Source of the DNA: a virus
Lineage: Duplodnaviria > Caudoviricetes
DNA length: 59,819 nt
IMG/VR virus record: IMGVR_UViG_3300033149_006677
Span: 1-59,819 of that record
Reading direction: 5' to 3' (one strand)
Below, one piece after another: positions 18,744 to 29,416 of the stretch. The notes under the pieces were generated by a model. The model saw nothing but the letters and a program-made list of their open reading frames with translations. It searched no databases and was not told the DNA's origin. Position 1 is the first letter of the stretch. Each line of letters starts with the position of its first letter. The translations under genes were made by a program, and so were the position numbers.

Positions 18744-19711
18744 AAGTGATGATGTTACACTATAGGCAAGATCGTGGCGGTGGAGCAGAAAGCTCCTTAC
18801 GCGATCTATCCAAAGCGCTTGAGATGTGTGGGGTCGAAGTCGTTCAGTGGTTTGGCCCAGTAGAAGGGGGCATCAAGTTACATCGACCAGACATAGTACA
18901 CGTTCAGACGGTTCATTGTGTCGGTTGGGGGCGAGCATCAATCGAGTGGCTACAAAAGAATAACTATCCTCACCTATTGGCGCTGCACGACTATTGGTCT
19001 TTCTGCTCTGGCAGGATGTTGCTAAGACTTGGGGATATGTCTTGTGCCGCCGTGGACGGCGTCTGTGATGGAAATTGTGATAACGTAAACGTTTTCGACA
19101 TTTGGGGAAAACTAGTAAACAACTCACCAACCATTACGTTTAACCCATACTCTGTAGAAATCTTTGAGCGAAACGGAGTAAAGATAGATTATTGCGTTCC
19201 ACATGGTATCGACACAGACTTCTTTAAGCCAGGATTAATAAAGTGTCTAGATGCGAAAATCGTTACTGCAACAGCTTGGCCTGGTGCACTAACGAAGGGA
19301 ATGCATATCTTAGATAAGGCATTAAAGAAAGCGAAGCTTACCGCGAGGTGTATTTCGAGCGTATCGCGAGCGGAAGTCCGCGATGCCTTGCGAGAAGCGT
19401 CTATTTTTGTCTTCCCATCTTGCTATGAGGAGACCTTTGGCCTTTGCCTAGCGGAGGCGATGGCATGTGGTCTTGCCTGTATCGCTTCCGATGTAGCAGG
19501 CGCAAAATATCAGGCGGAACAATCGGATGCCGTCGTTATTGTTCCAAAGCGAGACCCCGATGCTTTAGCGGAGGCACTGCACAAGCTAGCTACAATGCCT
19601 CACAGACGATACTACTTGGGGCTTATGGCGCGTAACTACATGGAACAACACGGCACTCTTTTGCGCATGGGCCAAGATTATGTTAAGATATACCAAGAAC
19701 TAATCGGATAG
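18740..19711 (+). CDS. GT4 glycosyltransferase
   Basis: GGAE, LHDYW, PHGID, ETFGLCLAEAMACG. Confidence 0.9.
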   Translation: MKVMMLHYRQDRGGGAESSLRDLSKALEMCGVEVVQWFGPVEGGIKLHRPDIVHVQTVHCVGWGRASIEWLQKNNYPHLLALHDYWSFCSGRMLLRLGDMSCAAVDGVCDGNCDNVNVFDIWGKLVNNSPTITFNPYSVEIFERNGVKIDYCVPHGIDTDFFKPGLIKCLDAKIVTATAWPGALTKGMHILDKALKKAKLTARCISSVSRAEVRDALREASIFVFPSCYEETFGLCLAEAMACGLACIASDVAGAKYQAEQSDAVVIVPKRDPDALAEALHKLATMPHRRYYLGLMARNYMEQHGTLLRMGQDYVKIYQELIG

Positions 19712-19718
19712 GAAAACT

Positions 19719-20297
19719 ATGGCAATCAGAGATGGTATGTCAAATCTTATAGCCAGGTTACGCAGACTTATCAGTGATACCAATAATGAAGTCTGGGATA
19801 ACGACGACCTACAGGATGTTCTAGATGAATTCAGAGTAGATATTTTTGAAGAGTCACTGATTAGCAAGCCACAGATCATCTATTCAGACGACGAGTCGAA
19901 AACTGTATATCACTGGTACTATTCCAAATACGGTAATTTTGAAGAGGCTACCAGTGGGACTCTTGCCTGGCGCGTCTACGATCATCTTGGTGAAACCATA
20001 GGTACTGCAAACTACACGGCAGATTATATTCGGGGGCATATTTACTTTACAGCGGACCAAGAGGGAAGCGCCAGGTATTTAGATGCAAGAAGTTATGACA
20101 TCTATCGTGCGGCGGCATACTTGTGGCGCGAACGCGCAGGGCAATTAACAGACCGTTACAACATAAGCATCGACGGCCATAGGATGAACAGATCTGAATG
20201 GTTCGAGCACTGTATGCAAATGGCTGAGCGATTCGAGCAGCTCGCGGGGCCCACGGTATCTACGCTGGTAAGACATGATGTTAACATAGAGGGATAA
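19719..20297 (+). CDS. Head-tail connector/adaptor
   Basis: LRRLISD...DIYRAAA; position. Confidence 0.6.
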   Translation: MAIRDGMSNLIARLRRLISDTNNEVWDNDDLQDVLDEFRVDIFEESLISKPQIIYSDDESKTVYHWYYSKYGNFEEATSGTLAWRVYDHLGETIGTANYTADYIRGHIYFTADQEGSARYLDARSYDIYRAAAYLWRERAGQLTDRYNISIDGHRMNRSEWFEHCMQMAERFEQLAGPTVSTLVRHDVNIEG

Positions 20298-20671
20298 TGT
20301 TAGAGACAAACGAACTAGCTAATATCAGAGCTGACATAGAAGATACATTTGACAACACATGCACAATCTTACGCCCCACGATTTCGTTCACTGCTAGCAG
20401 GGCAGTGACGACTACCTGGGGCACAGTAGCTACAAATGTAGCTTGCACGCTCAGGAAATCGCAGGGACAGATTGCGGGTACCCGTGCTATTGCTGGAGAC
20501 AAAATTATAGAACAGGCGACGTATTATTTAAGCTTGCCATATGATCAAGACATTAAGGTTTCAGACCGTGTGGTTATAAACAACACCACATACGATGTTC
20601 GCACAATAAATGCCGATGACGCAACACGTGGCTGTCTACGCGCCGTGATAGACGAGGCAGAAACAGAATGA
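20297..20671 (+). CDS. Head closure protein
   Basis: CTILR...LP...DI...DRV; position. Confidence 0.65.
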   Translation: MLETNELANIRADIEDTFDNTCTILRPTISFTASRAVTTTWGTVATNVACTLRKSQGQIAGTRAIAGDKIIEQATYYLSLPYDQDIKVSDRVVINNTTYDVRTINADDATRGCLRAVIDEAETE

Positions 20672-21189
20672 TAGCCAATAAAATTAGGATAAGGTTCATT
20701 AAAGATGATAGAGTGCTACAAAGAATGATCCGGCAATTAAGGGGCAAGCCAGCCAGGATTGTTCATGACGGCGTACCTTATGGTGTTATTCAGGAGTTTG
20801 GTTCGGCAACCAAGGCAGAGGGACCAGTGCCCAAGACGCCGGCATATGAGATTCTCCCAAAGGAGAAGCAAGCGCTCTATTGGCCTGAGCTTGGGCATCC
20901 AATATCTAAGGTTGGCCCGCCTGTTACGAGGCCACACCCAGGCGTAACGCCCACACCATTCCTGACGCCTGCGGTAGAGCAACATCGCATCACATACATG
21001 AGAGGCGTTAGCAGCAAAAGGTTTCTAAGTCGGCCAGATGCAGTGATTGAGGATATTGCGCGCAAGGTATTAGCGTCGGCATTGCAAAGAGTCCCAAGAG
21101 ATAGTGAGGAATTGGCTAAAAGCCTAAAGTCTAGTAAGCCAGAAGATGTTCCTCACATCACAGAACATACTATCGGGATCAAGCTATAA
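20668..21189 (+). CDS. HK97 gp10-like neck/tail completion protein
   Basis: YG..QEFG, HPG..P.PFL.PA. Confidence 0.7.
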   Translation: MIANKIRIRFIKDDRVLQRMIRQLRGKPARIVHDGVPYGVIQEFGSATKAEGPVPKTPAYEILPKEKQALYWPELGHPISKVGPPVTRPHPGVTPTPFLTPAVEQHRITYMRGVSSKRFLSRPDAVIEDIARKVLASALQRVPRDSEELAKSLKSSKPEDVPHITEHTIGIKL

Positions 21190-21191
21190 AG

Positions 21192-21593
21192 ATGCGAGAA
21201 ATAGACATTGCCTTAGGAAGTCATTTAATAGCCAGCACAGCGCTAACTTCTTTGTTGGCAGACACGACATCTATTTATCTATATCGCGCTAACGATGAGG
21301 CGCCGTTACCGTACGTGGTCTATTTTCAGAGCGCTGGTGTAGATGAAAACTCTTCGCCAAGACGAGCACGGAGAGTTACCTATACAATCAAAGCGGTATC
21401 GTTAGATTTAGATACTGCCCTACAAATAGAAGAGGTGCTCGACACTGTAATGGATGACAGCCCAGACTTGAATCCAACGTCATGGGGAAATTATAGGACT
21501 GAGCGCATTTCTGATATAATGTATGCCGAAGAGTCCAAAGGGCTCACATATTATCATGTTGGAGGCCAGTGGCGAATATACATCGCCAAATAA
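21192..21593 (+). CDS. Tail terminator (DUF3168-like)
   Basis: IY...A....PLPYVV; position. Confidence 0.7.
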   Translation: MREIDIALGSHLIASTALTSLLADTTSIYLYRANDEAPLPYVVYFQSAGVDENSSPRRARRVTYTIKAVSLDLDTALQIEEVLDTVMDDSPDLNPTSWGNYRTERISDIMYAEESKGLTYYHVGGQWRIYIAK

Positions 21594-21605
21594 CAGGAGG
21601 AAACT

Positions 21606-22010
21606 ATGGCGACAACTGGAAGAATTTCTGGAAAGGACGTATACATCGAGTTTGATGGCATAGACATCAGCGGCGATGTTACCTCGGTGTCTTGGACCGA
21701 GGACGGCGATGTCGTAGATGTTACAGCCGCGAACGACAGCTTTCACTACTACGTCACGACCAGAAAAGATGGCACGCTGGATGTAGAGGCGTTCTTTGAC
21801 GCAAGCACGACAACGGCATTTGACGCGGTGGCCGTGAATACTGCTGGGACGCTTATCGTTGCGCCAGCCGGTACCGCGAGTGGCAATCCGAAATACACTT
21901 GGGATCGCGCTATCGTGTCTAGCCGCGGTGTAACCATCCCATTCGATGGTGGCGTCACTTGGACAGCTACATTCCAATTCTCTAGCGAAGTCTCGGAGAG
22001 CACGTACTAA
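21606..22010 (+). CDS. Tail tube protein
   Basis: DISGDV..V....D.VDVT; position. Confidence 0.75.
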   Translation: MATTGRISGKDVYIEFDGIDISGDVTSVSWTEDGDVVDVTAANDSFHYYVTTRKDGTLDVEAFFDASTTTAFDAVAVNTAGTLIVAPAGTASGNPKYTWDRAIVSSRGVTIPFDGGVTWTATFQFSSEVSESTY

Positions 22011-22318
22011 TGGCTGAAGTAGTTATCGCTGGTAAAAAGGTCATCTTAAAAGAGCGTGTTGGCGGAAAGGATGGCTGGAATGCCTTGCGTATCATCTCAA
22101 GGCATTTCAAAAAAGGTACAGATCCAATCGCCAACATGGAATTCGAGGACGCAGTAGCTATCTGCAAATCGATGATCGAGTCTTGGGAATTCGAGGGCGA
22201 TCCGTCGGCTATCGAAAGCTACCAAGCGTTGGATACAATCACGGAGTTCTTTCCGCTGATTGCCGCCGTGATTCAAGAGATGAACAAACATATTGAAACG
22301 AGCCAGCAAAAAAACTAA
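22010..22318 (+). CDS. Tail assembly chaperone G
   Basis: Ends in slippery A AAA AAC before TAA. Confidence 0.75.
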   Translation: MAEVVIAGKKVILKERVGGKDGWNALRIISRHFKKGTDPIANMEFEDAVAICKSMIESWEFEGDPSAIESYQALDTITEFFPLIAAVIQEMNKHIETSQQKN

Positions 22319-22548
22319 CTAAGGCCACATTCGTTTCTCTTCGATATGGCGAGCCTATGCCTTGGGATGTGCTCAGATGGTATCTAGTAGAGTTAACTGG
22401 ATGGACCCTTGAAACAATAGATAGTCTAACCATAGAAGATATTTTATCTTGTTTGGCATACCATCGTGGAAGGGCTGCCATAAAGGAAGTAGATACGGTA
22501 GTGGCGCAGACCAAAGCGGCCGGTCGCAAACGTAGGAGATGGAGATAG
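22308..22548 (+). CDS. Tail chaperone GT extension via -1 frameshift
   Basis: -1 frame after CAAAAAAAAC is open and continues into ORF 22357-22548. Confidence 0.75.
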
Positions 22549-22551
22549 GCA

Positions 22552-25500
22552 ATGGCAGGACTTGGTGCGCCAACACAGATAGCATCGCTTTTTGCAGTCA
22601 TAGGTGCGGACTTAAGCCCTCTCAACAGAGGGCTTAGATCCGCATCTTTTGCTTTGACGAGGTTCCAGCGCACATTTGGAACCATTTCGGATGCTATCTC
22701 TAATGTTGGGCGCGCACTAACGCTTGGTATCACATTTCCCGTAATCGGGCTTGGTACAGCGATTATCGGCGCAGCCACAAAGTGGGAAAGCGCTTTTATT
22801 GGTGTCCGAAAAACGGTCGATGCCACAGAAGAGCAGTTTGCGGAATTAGACAAGCAACTGCGAGATATGTCGCACAGAATTCCGCTAACCCCCTTCGAGC
22901 TAGCAGGTATCGCGGAAATCGCTGGTCAGCTAGGCTTCCCCATAGAGCAGATTGAACAATTTACCGAGACTGTTGCTCAGATGGCCGCTAGCACGAATAT
23001 GAGCGCGGAAGAGGCAGCTATGAGCTTGGCTCGCTTCCTGAACATTACCAAAGAGCTAGGCCCAGCCGGTACAGACATGGCAAGGCAATCCGAGCTAGTC
23101 GGCGCAGCCATTGTTGATCTTGGTAACAATTTCGCTACTACAGAGACCGAAATTTCGAGTATGGCATTGCGAATTGCTAGTGCCGGCGCCGTCGCGAATA
23201 TGACCCAAGATGAAATTCTTGGCATCGCTGCCGCGCTGTCTTCTCTTGGTGTCCACGCCGAAATGGGCGGTACCGCAATCTCTAGAGTTATCTTAAACCT
23301 TGCCAGTGCTATGAATACTGCTGGTGGCGAAATCGTAGATAACACAGACAAAATGGAAAAGTCTCGAGAGAAAATCGAGAGGCTCAAAAATGACATCGCC
23401 ATCGTTAACCAGCAGTTGAGTGAATACAACGAGAAGACAAAACCCTCTACTATTATGCGAGCGCAAGAGCGACTCCGACGTTACAATGAAGAGCTAGAAG
23501 AGGAGATTGAAAACTTAGCTGCGCTGCGAGAGCAACACGGTATGCTCAAGGACGATGTCAAGGCCATCTACGCTGAGGTGATGGGAATAAGCGTAGAAGA
23601 GCTTACAAAAATGTGGGAAGAGGGCCCAACAGATGCGATACTGGCGTTTATTCAGGGCCTTGGCCGCATGGCGGATGAGGGCAAAGATATTTTGCCCATA
23701 CTCAAGGACCTGAAGCTGAGCAATGTTCGGACCAGAGACGTATTGCTTCGTGCCGCCGCTGGTTACGATACCCTAACGGCAGCGGTCGATAGGGCGCATA
23801 ACGCATACCGAAGAGCAATTGAGGGAGATTCGGCACTTGTAGCGGAGGCCGAAAAGCGCTTCAAATCTTTCGAGTCTCAGCTCAAGATTACGAAAAACCT
23901 ATTAATCGATATGGGCATCACGATCGGGACTACGCTATTGCCCCCATTGAATGAGTTCCTTAAGACCATCAAGCCAATTATCGAACGGATGATAGATTGG
24001 GCGGAGACCCATCCAGAACAAACAAAGCTAGCTGTGGCCATCGCTGCCACCGCCGCGGCGGTTGGACCATTGCTCATGCTTCTAAGCGCCCTTATGACAC
24101 CAATGGGTCAAATAACATTCACGCTATCCACCCTGATAGCCCTCTTCTCGCTTGGCGATGATACGCTCTCCAAGCTTGGCGATACGGTAAAGACATTTGC
24201 ATCCGATGCCCTTCGCAAACTCGGCGAGAAGATTAAAAATACAGACTTTGGACAGTTAGCCAAGGACATCTTAAACGGCATCGCCGCTAAATCGGAAGAT
24301 CTCAACTCTTGGGCTATCTCCTTTATTGGTTCGGCACGCGATGCGCTAGCAGAAGGTCTTGGTGTAGAATCTACATGGTCAGCTATCGGGCAAAAGATGA
24401 TCGAAAAGATAAAGCCCGCTGTCGATGCGCTTGCGACTTGGGCATCCGAGTTAGGGGGAAAGCTCATAGAGGCACTTGCCAATGCCCTCGGTGCGGAGGA
24501 CACATCGTATGAGTCGATCGTCACCGCAATCTTGGGGGGGCTTGGTAGAGTTGTCATCGACGCCAGTGAGTTCGCCGGCAACATTTTGCACAACATAGCT
24601 GAATTTGTTGGTAGCGAGAAAGCCCAGTCTTACATGGAGGAAATAGGCGAGAACCTGGCTACAGCGCTTGCTACATTCTTCCAATCGGATACTAAGATGG
24701 GCGAGGATGTTATAACTGCCCTTATCGGTGCTATGGCCCAAGCAGCTATCGACGTAAGCGCGCTTATGGCGAATTTACTGGGAACTATGGAGGCGTTTAT
24801 AAAGAGCGATGCTGCCACTACTTTTGTCCAAGGCATTGGAAAAGGGCTCGGTGAAGCTATCGCCAAGGTATTCGATATAGAACATGGTCTTGGTGTTGGC
24901 ATCCTGCTGGCAATAATCAGAAACATCGCTAGGGCGATAGCATCCAGCCGCAAGATATTTGGAACCATCGCCGCCAATTTCTTGGGTGGTTTTATCGAGG
25001 GGCTCACTGGTACAAAACTGACAGACAAGCAAATAGAAGCACTTGCCAAAGTTATTGCCCCAGTATCTGTTCTAGGGAAGAAAATCGATGAGAACTTAGA
25101 AAAAGCCACGGCTACGCTAATTGGTCCTGCGTGGGAAAAGATTGGGGAAGATCCCAAGACACAGCAGCAAATCTATGACATGCTATTTCCATCGATCGGT
25201 GTTGTCCCACAAGAAACCATTAATGAGGCGCAAGAGTCTGGCACGACGATCAGTGGCGAGATCATTTCTGGCATAGTCACCGGAATGAATGAAAAAAAGG
25301 CAGAAGCAAACGATGCGATAAAGGACATAGCAAATACGCTGATAAACATCGCACAAGATATACTCGGGATTCGGTCCCCCTCCAAAGTATTCTTAGATAT
25401 TGGCAAGGCCATAGGTGAGGGCCTAAAAGCTGGTATTGTCTCCAAGATCAGAGAGATTGCCAACGCAGCAGCCGATATGGTCAGAGCCGCAATCCAGGCA

Positions 25501-26427
25501 GCACGAGAAGCCGCAGCCATTGCCTCTCCATCCAAGGAGTTTGCTGAGATCGGTGAGCTTATGGGGCAAGGCTTAGCAGAAGGAACACTTGCCACAACGG
25601 GGTTGCTCAACGACTCTTGGAAACAAATTATAGATGGGATTGTAGAAGACACCGAAGATGGATTTAAGAGGATCAAAGAGGGCTGGCTAGACAATGCCAA
25701 GAAGTTCCGCAAGGTAATCAGCCGCGTGATTGACAATGTCAATAAGGCGTTTGAGAGAATAGACATTGTAACCTCTATTCTCTCTGGTGCTGAAGACTAC
25801 ATAAAGGAAATGTTAATCGATCCGCTAGAAGAGTCTCTCAGTGGGGTGGAGGATGAGATCAAGACACTCCAGCGAAAATTCTATCTCACTGAGGAAGAGC
25901 AGGCTCGCCTAAATGAGCTACTTGCAGAGCGAGATCGTCTAACTGGAGAAATAGAGGCCAAAGAGAACAGGATCGCGCAAATAAGAGAAAAGCAGACTCA
26001 GATCGACTTTCTGAGAATGCAACTAGAGCTTTTGACCCTTATCAAAGATTCTGGGCTAGATGCGAAAGACATATTGAGCGGTATTCAGCTTGGTCTAGAG
26101 GCAGACGCCGAGGCGATCTTTGACGCGATGTCTCAAGTACTTGATGCGTTAATAGAACAGGTGAACGAGCAGCTTGGGATTGCTTCGCCGTCCAAGGTCT
26201 TTGAGAAAATCGGCCAATTGATGATGGCTGGTATGGAGAAGGGGATCAAAGAATCTATGCTTAAGCCCGCGGTTGCTACCAGAGACGCGATAACACAAAT
26301 CGCGAACAATAATATGACTATGAACCGCAAAGATGTAATAGTTATCAATGATAGATCGGCGCAGGCTGCTTTCTGGTACTCGCGTCGCGAAACTGAGCTG
26401 CGCAAACTTGCGATGGGAATGATGTGA
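22552..26427 (+). CDS. Tape measure protein
   Basis: 1291 aa, TP901-type core (ESAF.GV.KT, LGNNFATTE), repeated I.SPSK.F. Confidence 0.95.
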   Translation: MAGLGAPTQIASLFAVIGADLSPLNRGLRSASFALTRFQRTFGTISDAISNVGRALTLGITFPVIGLGTAIIGAATKWESAFIGVRKTVDATEEQFAELDKQLRDMSHRIPLTPFELAGIAEIAGQLGFPIEQIEQFTETVAQMAASTNMSAEEAAMSLARFLNITKELGPAGTDMARQSELVGAAIVDLGNNFATTETEISSMALRIASAGAVANMTQDEILGIAAALSSLGVHAEMGGTAISRVILNLASAMNTAGGEIVDNTDKMEKSREKIERLKNDIAIVNQQLSEYNEKTKPSTIMRAQERLRRYNEELEEEIENLAALREQHGMLKDDVKAIYAEVMGISVEELTKMWEEGPTDAILAFIQGLGRMADEGKDILPILKDLKLSNVRTRDVLLRAAAGYDTLTAAVDRAHNAYRRAIEGDSALVAEAEKRFKSFESQLKITKNLLIDMGITIGTTLLPPLNEFLKTIKPIIERMIDWAETHPEQTKLAVAIAATAAAVGPLLMLLSALMTPMGQITFTLSTLIALFSLGDDTLSKLGDTVKTFASDALRKLGEKIKNTDFGQLAKDILNGIAAKSEDLNSWAISFIGSARDALAEGLGVESTWSAIGQKMIEKIKPAVDALATWASELGGKLIEALANALGAEDTSYESIVTAILGGLGRVVIDASEFAGNILHNIAEFVGSEKAQSYMEEIGENLATALATFFQSDTKMGEDVITALIGAMAQAAIDVSALMANLLGTMEAFIKSDAATTFVQGIGKGLGEAIAKVFDIEHGLGVGILLAIIRNIARAIASSRKIFGTIAANFLGGFIEGLTGTKLTDKQIEALAKVIAPVSVLGKKIDENLEKATATLIGPAWEKIGEDPKTQQQIYDMLFPSIGVVPQETINEAQESGTTISGEIISGIVTGMNEKKAEANDAIKDIANTLINIAQDILGIRSPSKVFLDIGKAIGEGLKAGIVSKIREIANAAADMVRAAIQAAREAAAIASPSKEFAEIGELMGQGLAEGTLATTGLLNDSWKQIIDGIVEDTEDGFKRIKEGWLDNAKKFRKVISRVIDNVNKAFERIDIVTSILSGAEDYIKEMLIDPLEESLSGVEDEIKTLQRKFYLTEEEQARLNELLAERDRLTGEIEAKENRIAQIREKQTQIDFLRMQLELLTLIKDSGLDAKDILSGIQLGLEADAEAIFDAMSQVLDALIEQVNEQLGIASPSKVFEKIGQLMMAGMEKGIKESMLKPAVATRDAITQIANNNMTMNRKDVIVINDRSAQAAFWYSRRETELRKLAMGMM

Positions 26428-26428
26428 A

Positions 26429-27874
26429 ATGCCATTCAAGCTAACACTTGAGAGATACAACGAGGCAACAGTAAACCTAAATAGTGGTTCCGTGCCTGGA
26501 TTTTGGCTTGATAGCGGAGATGATAATTGGCAGGCCAAGGAACCCACATCTGATCCCTTTGACGCGCCGCAGACGATAACCGAAGAATTATCGCTTCTTG
26601 TCAAGGGAACAAGCCACGACAGTCTTGCACAATTGCTGCAAGACCTGAACGACATGAAGCAAGCTGTACGGGACTTTGAACTACACAAGCCTATGGCAAA
26701 GCCTGTGTGCATGCATGTTCAGTTAAGTGATGAATCGTATGAGAGAGTCGCCCTCATACGTAGATTGGACTCGGCAGAAGTTTCCAGCTCCGCCTCAGAT
26801 TTGATAGAGGAATATATGCTTCGCTTGGCACTCTCTATTGATCGGATGCCATACTGGGAGACATTTGATGACTTAGACATGTCGTCATATGAAACTGAAC
26901 TTCTGCCATCTAGCACATGGGGAACAGCACCAGTGGTTGAGATGCATCTCAATGTCAATGGAGATGCAAACGCGCGAGTTGCCAAACTACTATTACAGCA
27001 TATTAGCACGGGGGGCACAATACAGAACCTGTGGCTTGGGATTAGAACACATGGTTTTGAGGCGGACGCGCTGGGACATACATTTGTGCCATACTTTGAG
27101 GCGGAGAGTGGCGTTTACGCCAAGGGAACAACCATTTCTAAAATTCCCAGCGCTGAAGCTTTTGGTGGAACATTTGTGCGTATCCCAAGTGGGGTTTCTA
27201 GCTGGATGGTAACCACTAGATGGATTCTCGGCGAATCTCTTTGGGGGTCTCCAAACGTATACTTGGAGAATCAATTCGGCCGCTATTTATGGCTGATGAG
27301 GGCACGCGCCGGTAATGATGGAACGTGGAGCACAAGGTTACTATGGGGATACAGAGCAATGGATGATAGGGACTTCTCTCCAGGGCCTACTGTTGACATA
27401 ACGGGAACGGCTTGGCACATCTATGAAATGGGCTACCAAAGTGTCCCACTGTACGACATGCGAGATGGAATTGGCAATTCACTCTATACAGCGGGGTATG
27501 AGATTCGTTTACAAGCAAAACAAAATGGTGGAACCAGTGGCTTAGATATTGATGCCATTGTGATGATCCCAGTGGAAAACGGTATCTTGTCCGTAAAGAA
27601 CGCGAATCTCGAGGATTCAGATCAGCTGATATTCCAAACATATATGGATGAATCTATACATTGTATGTCCATAGATATAGAAGATGAGTCTGTCGAGTTA
27701 ATTCCTGAGTTTAGCTCAGATGGTTTCTACTTGCCACCAGGCGGTACTGCATATCTTATTCTAGCCGCATCTCAGGGAACCTCGACTGTGAATGATGCTA
27801 TTTCGTATTGCTCTATTACGCAGTACATTTACATAAATGAGCGCTATCACTCGCTACGCGGAGCGGATACATAA
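26429..27874 (+). CDS. Distal tail/baseplate protein
   Basis: Follows TMP; beta-rich. Confidence 0.6.
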   Translation: MPFKLTLERYNEATVNLNSGSVPGFWLDSGDDNWQAKEPTSDPFDAPQTITEELSLLVKGTSHDSLAQLLQDLNDMKQAVRDFELHKPMAKPVCMHVQLSDESYERVALIRRLDSAEVSSSASDLIEEYMLRLALSIDRMPYWETFDDLDMSSYETELLPSSTWGTAPVVEMHLNVNGDANARVAKLLLQHISTGGTIQNLWLGIRTHGFEADALGHTFVPYFEAESGVYAKGTTISKIPSAEAFGGTFVRIPSGVSSWMVTTRWILGESLWGSPNVYLENQFGRYLWLMRARAGNDGTWSTRLLWGYRAMDDRDFSPGPTVDITGTAWHIYEMGYQSVPLYDMRDGIGNSLYTAGYEIRLQAKQNGGTSGLDIDAIVMIPVENGILSVKNANLEDSDQLIFQTYMDESIHCMSIDIEDESVELIPEFSSDGFYLPPGGTAYLILAASQGTSTVNDAISYCSITQYIYINERYHSLRGADT

Positions 27875-28986
27875 TGACTAGTATCCTTCTCCTTGGCAGA
27901 CTAACGGATAATATGCCCTTTCTCGGCAATATCACAAGTATCGCTAGAGACTGGCAACGCTCAACAGATGCAATCGGCGGATATTCCGAGGCATCCTTTC
28001 ATATTTCTAATCTCTCCAGAGGAGAGTTAGTAGATTTTTACAACGAGAACTTAGGCTGCATTATCCGAGAGACGAGTTATGGTCTTGTCACCTGGGAAGG
28101 CATGATCGTAGAAATGCGCCTAATCATTAACGATGTGGAGTATATACGCACACTAGACGCGGACTGGTTCCACAATAAGGTTGGCGTAATTTACAGTAGT
28201 GGCCCGAACAGGCTGACGATTCCTTTCGACTACGATCAAGAGTCAATAGATACATATGGTGAAATGCAATATATTATCTCCCTGGCAGGAGCGACCAGCG
28301 AGGCAGCAACCGCATTACGAGACAGACATCTCAAGGAGTTTGCTTGGCCCAGGTCGAGGATGGTTGGGCCTATCCCGTTTGGATATTGGACACGCAAACA
28401 GCAAGGTTTGCATATAATGTGTCTAGGGCTTTGGAATACACTGAATTGGCGCTACCACACAACAGCCAATGAAGATCAAGCATCAATCAGCGTTGCTGCA
28501 CTAGTGCAAGAATCTGAATTCATATCTGCCGGCGAGATACAGGATAATACCATGACTGTTCGGGTTGATGGCGATCCAAGACCGATAAGGCTCGGAGATG
28601 CCATTGCCGATATTGCCGAACAGGGCGATATTGATGGCAATATGTGGCAAGTTGGTGTTTACAATAACAGGCAGCTAGTATATGAGCAGGCGCCACAGGA
28701 GGTGGACTACGTAATTCGAGGGGGGAGACTTACCGAGCGAGTAGGCAGTGAGATTCCTCTTCCTTTTGTAAAGCCTGGCAAATTAGTTAGAAATGATGAT
28801 GCACCAAGAATATATACCGCAAACAGGGCGGAGGATATATGGAACGATCCAACTGTCGCCTACATAGAATCCGTGCAGTTTCGTGCCCCCAATGAGCTAT
28901 CGTTGCGACTTTATGGCAAAGAGCCACTGACAAGCACACTACAGCTACATATCGCCAGAGGATTTTCAAATGTTACGCAGGTCTAG
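27874..28986 (+). CDS. Tail tip/hub protein
   Basis: WEG.I, S...YG motifs; position. Confidence 0.6.
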   Translation: MTSILLLGRLTDNMPFLGNITSIARDWQRSTDAIGGYSEASFHISNLSRGELVDFYNENLGCIIRETSYGLVTWEGMIVEMRLIINDVEYIRTLDADWFHNKVGVIYSSGPNRLTIPFDYDQESIDTYGEMQYIISLAGATSEAATALRDRHLKEFAWPRSRMVGPIPFGYWTRKQQGLHIMCLGLWNTLNWRYHTTANEDQASISVAALVQESEFISAGEIQDNTMTVRVDGDPRPIRLGDAIADIAEQGDIDGNMWQVGVYNNRQLVYEQAPQEVDYVIRGGRLTERVGSEIPLPFVKPGKLVRNDDAPRIYTANRAEDIWNDPTVAYIESVQFRAPNELSLRLYGKEPLTSTLQLHIARGFSNVTQV

Positions 28987-29416
28987 ATATTGGGGAACTA
29001 AAGAGCAGCTTTTTGAAGCGAATGTCATCAATACACTGATGTACAAGTTTGTTCCGCTACAAACCGAGGCCACTAGCACAAACTGGGACGGTGATTCTTT
29101 TAGCACGACCTCGGCGACGAAAATTGATTTAAGTAGTGAATTCGGCATACCAGATAACGTGAAGGCTGTATTGGTGCGGGTGAGTGCGCGAGATAGTGGA
29201 TCGCAAGCTGGCGGCAGACAATACATTATTTTGGGGCCTAGCAGCACATCTGGTGGCGCATTGGTGCTCGAATTGTCTGGGGTAGATAACGATGCTTGGC
29301 GACACGAAACGGGCATTATTCCCTGCGATGACAATGGTGATATTTACTATACCATAAGTGCCAGCGGAACAGACACTATGGAAATTTACTTATATATCTT
29401 TGGATATTGGATATGA
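28970..29416 (+). CDS. Minor tail protein
   Basis: IP...KAV...GYW pattern. Confidence 0.5.
   Translation: MLRRSRYWGTKEQLFEANVINTLMYKFVPLQTEATSTNWDGDSFSTTSATKIDLSSEFGIPDNVKAVLVRVSARDSGSQAGGRQYIILGPSSTSGGALVLELSGVDNDAWRHETGIIPCDDNGDIYYTISASGTDTMEIYLYIFGYWI

Noticed and set aside
22977-25766. Long antisense ORFs within the tape measure gene
   Set aside because: Shadow ORFs of an Ala/Ile-rich coding strand
25360-26205. I.SPSK.F repeats in the tape measure protein
   Set aside because: Common TMP motif, not novel
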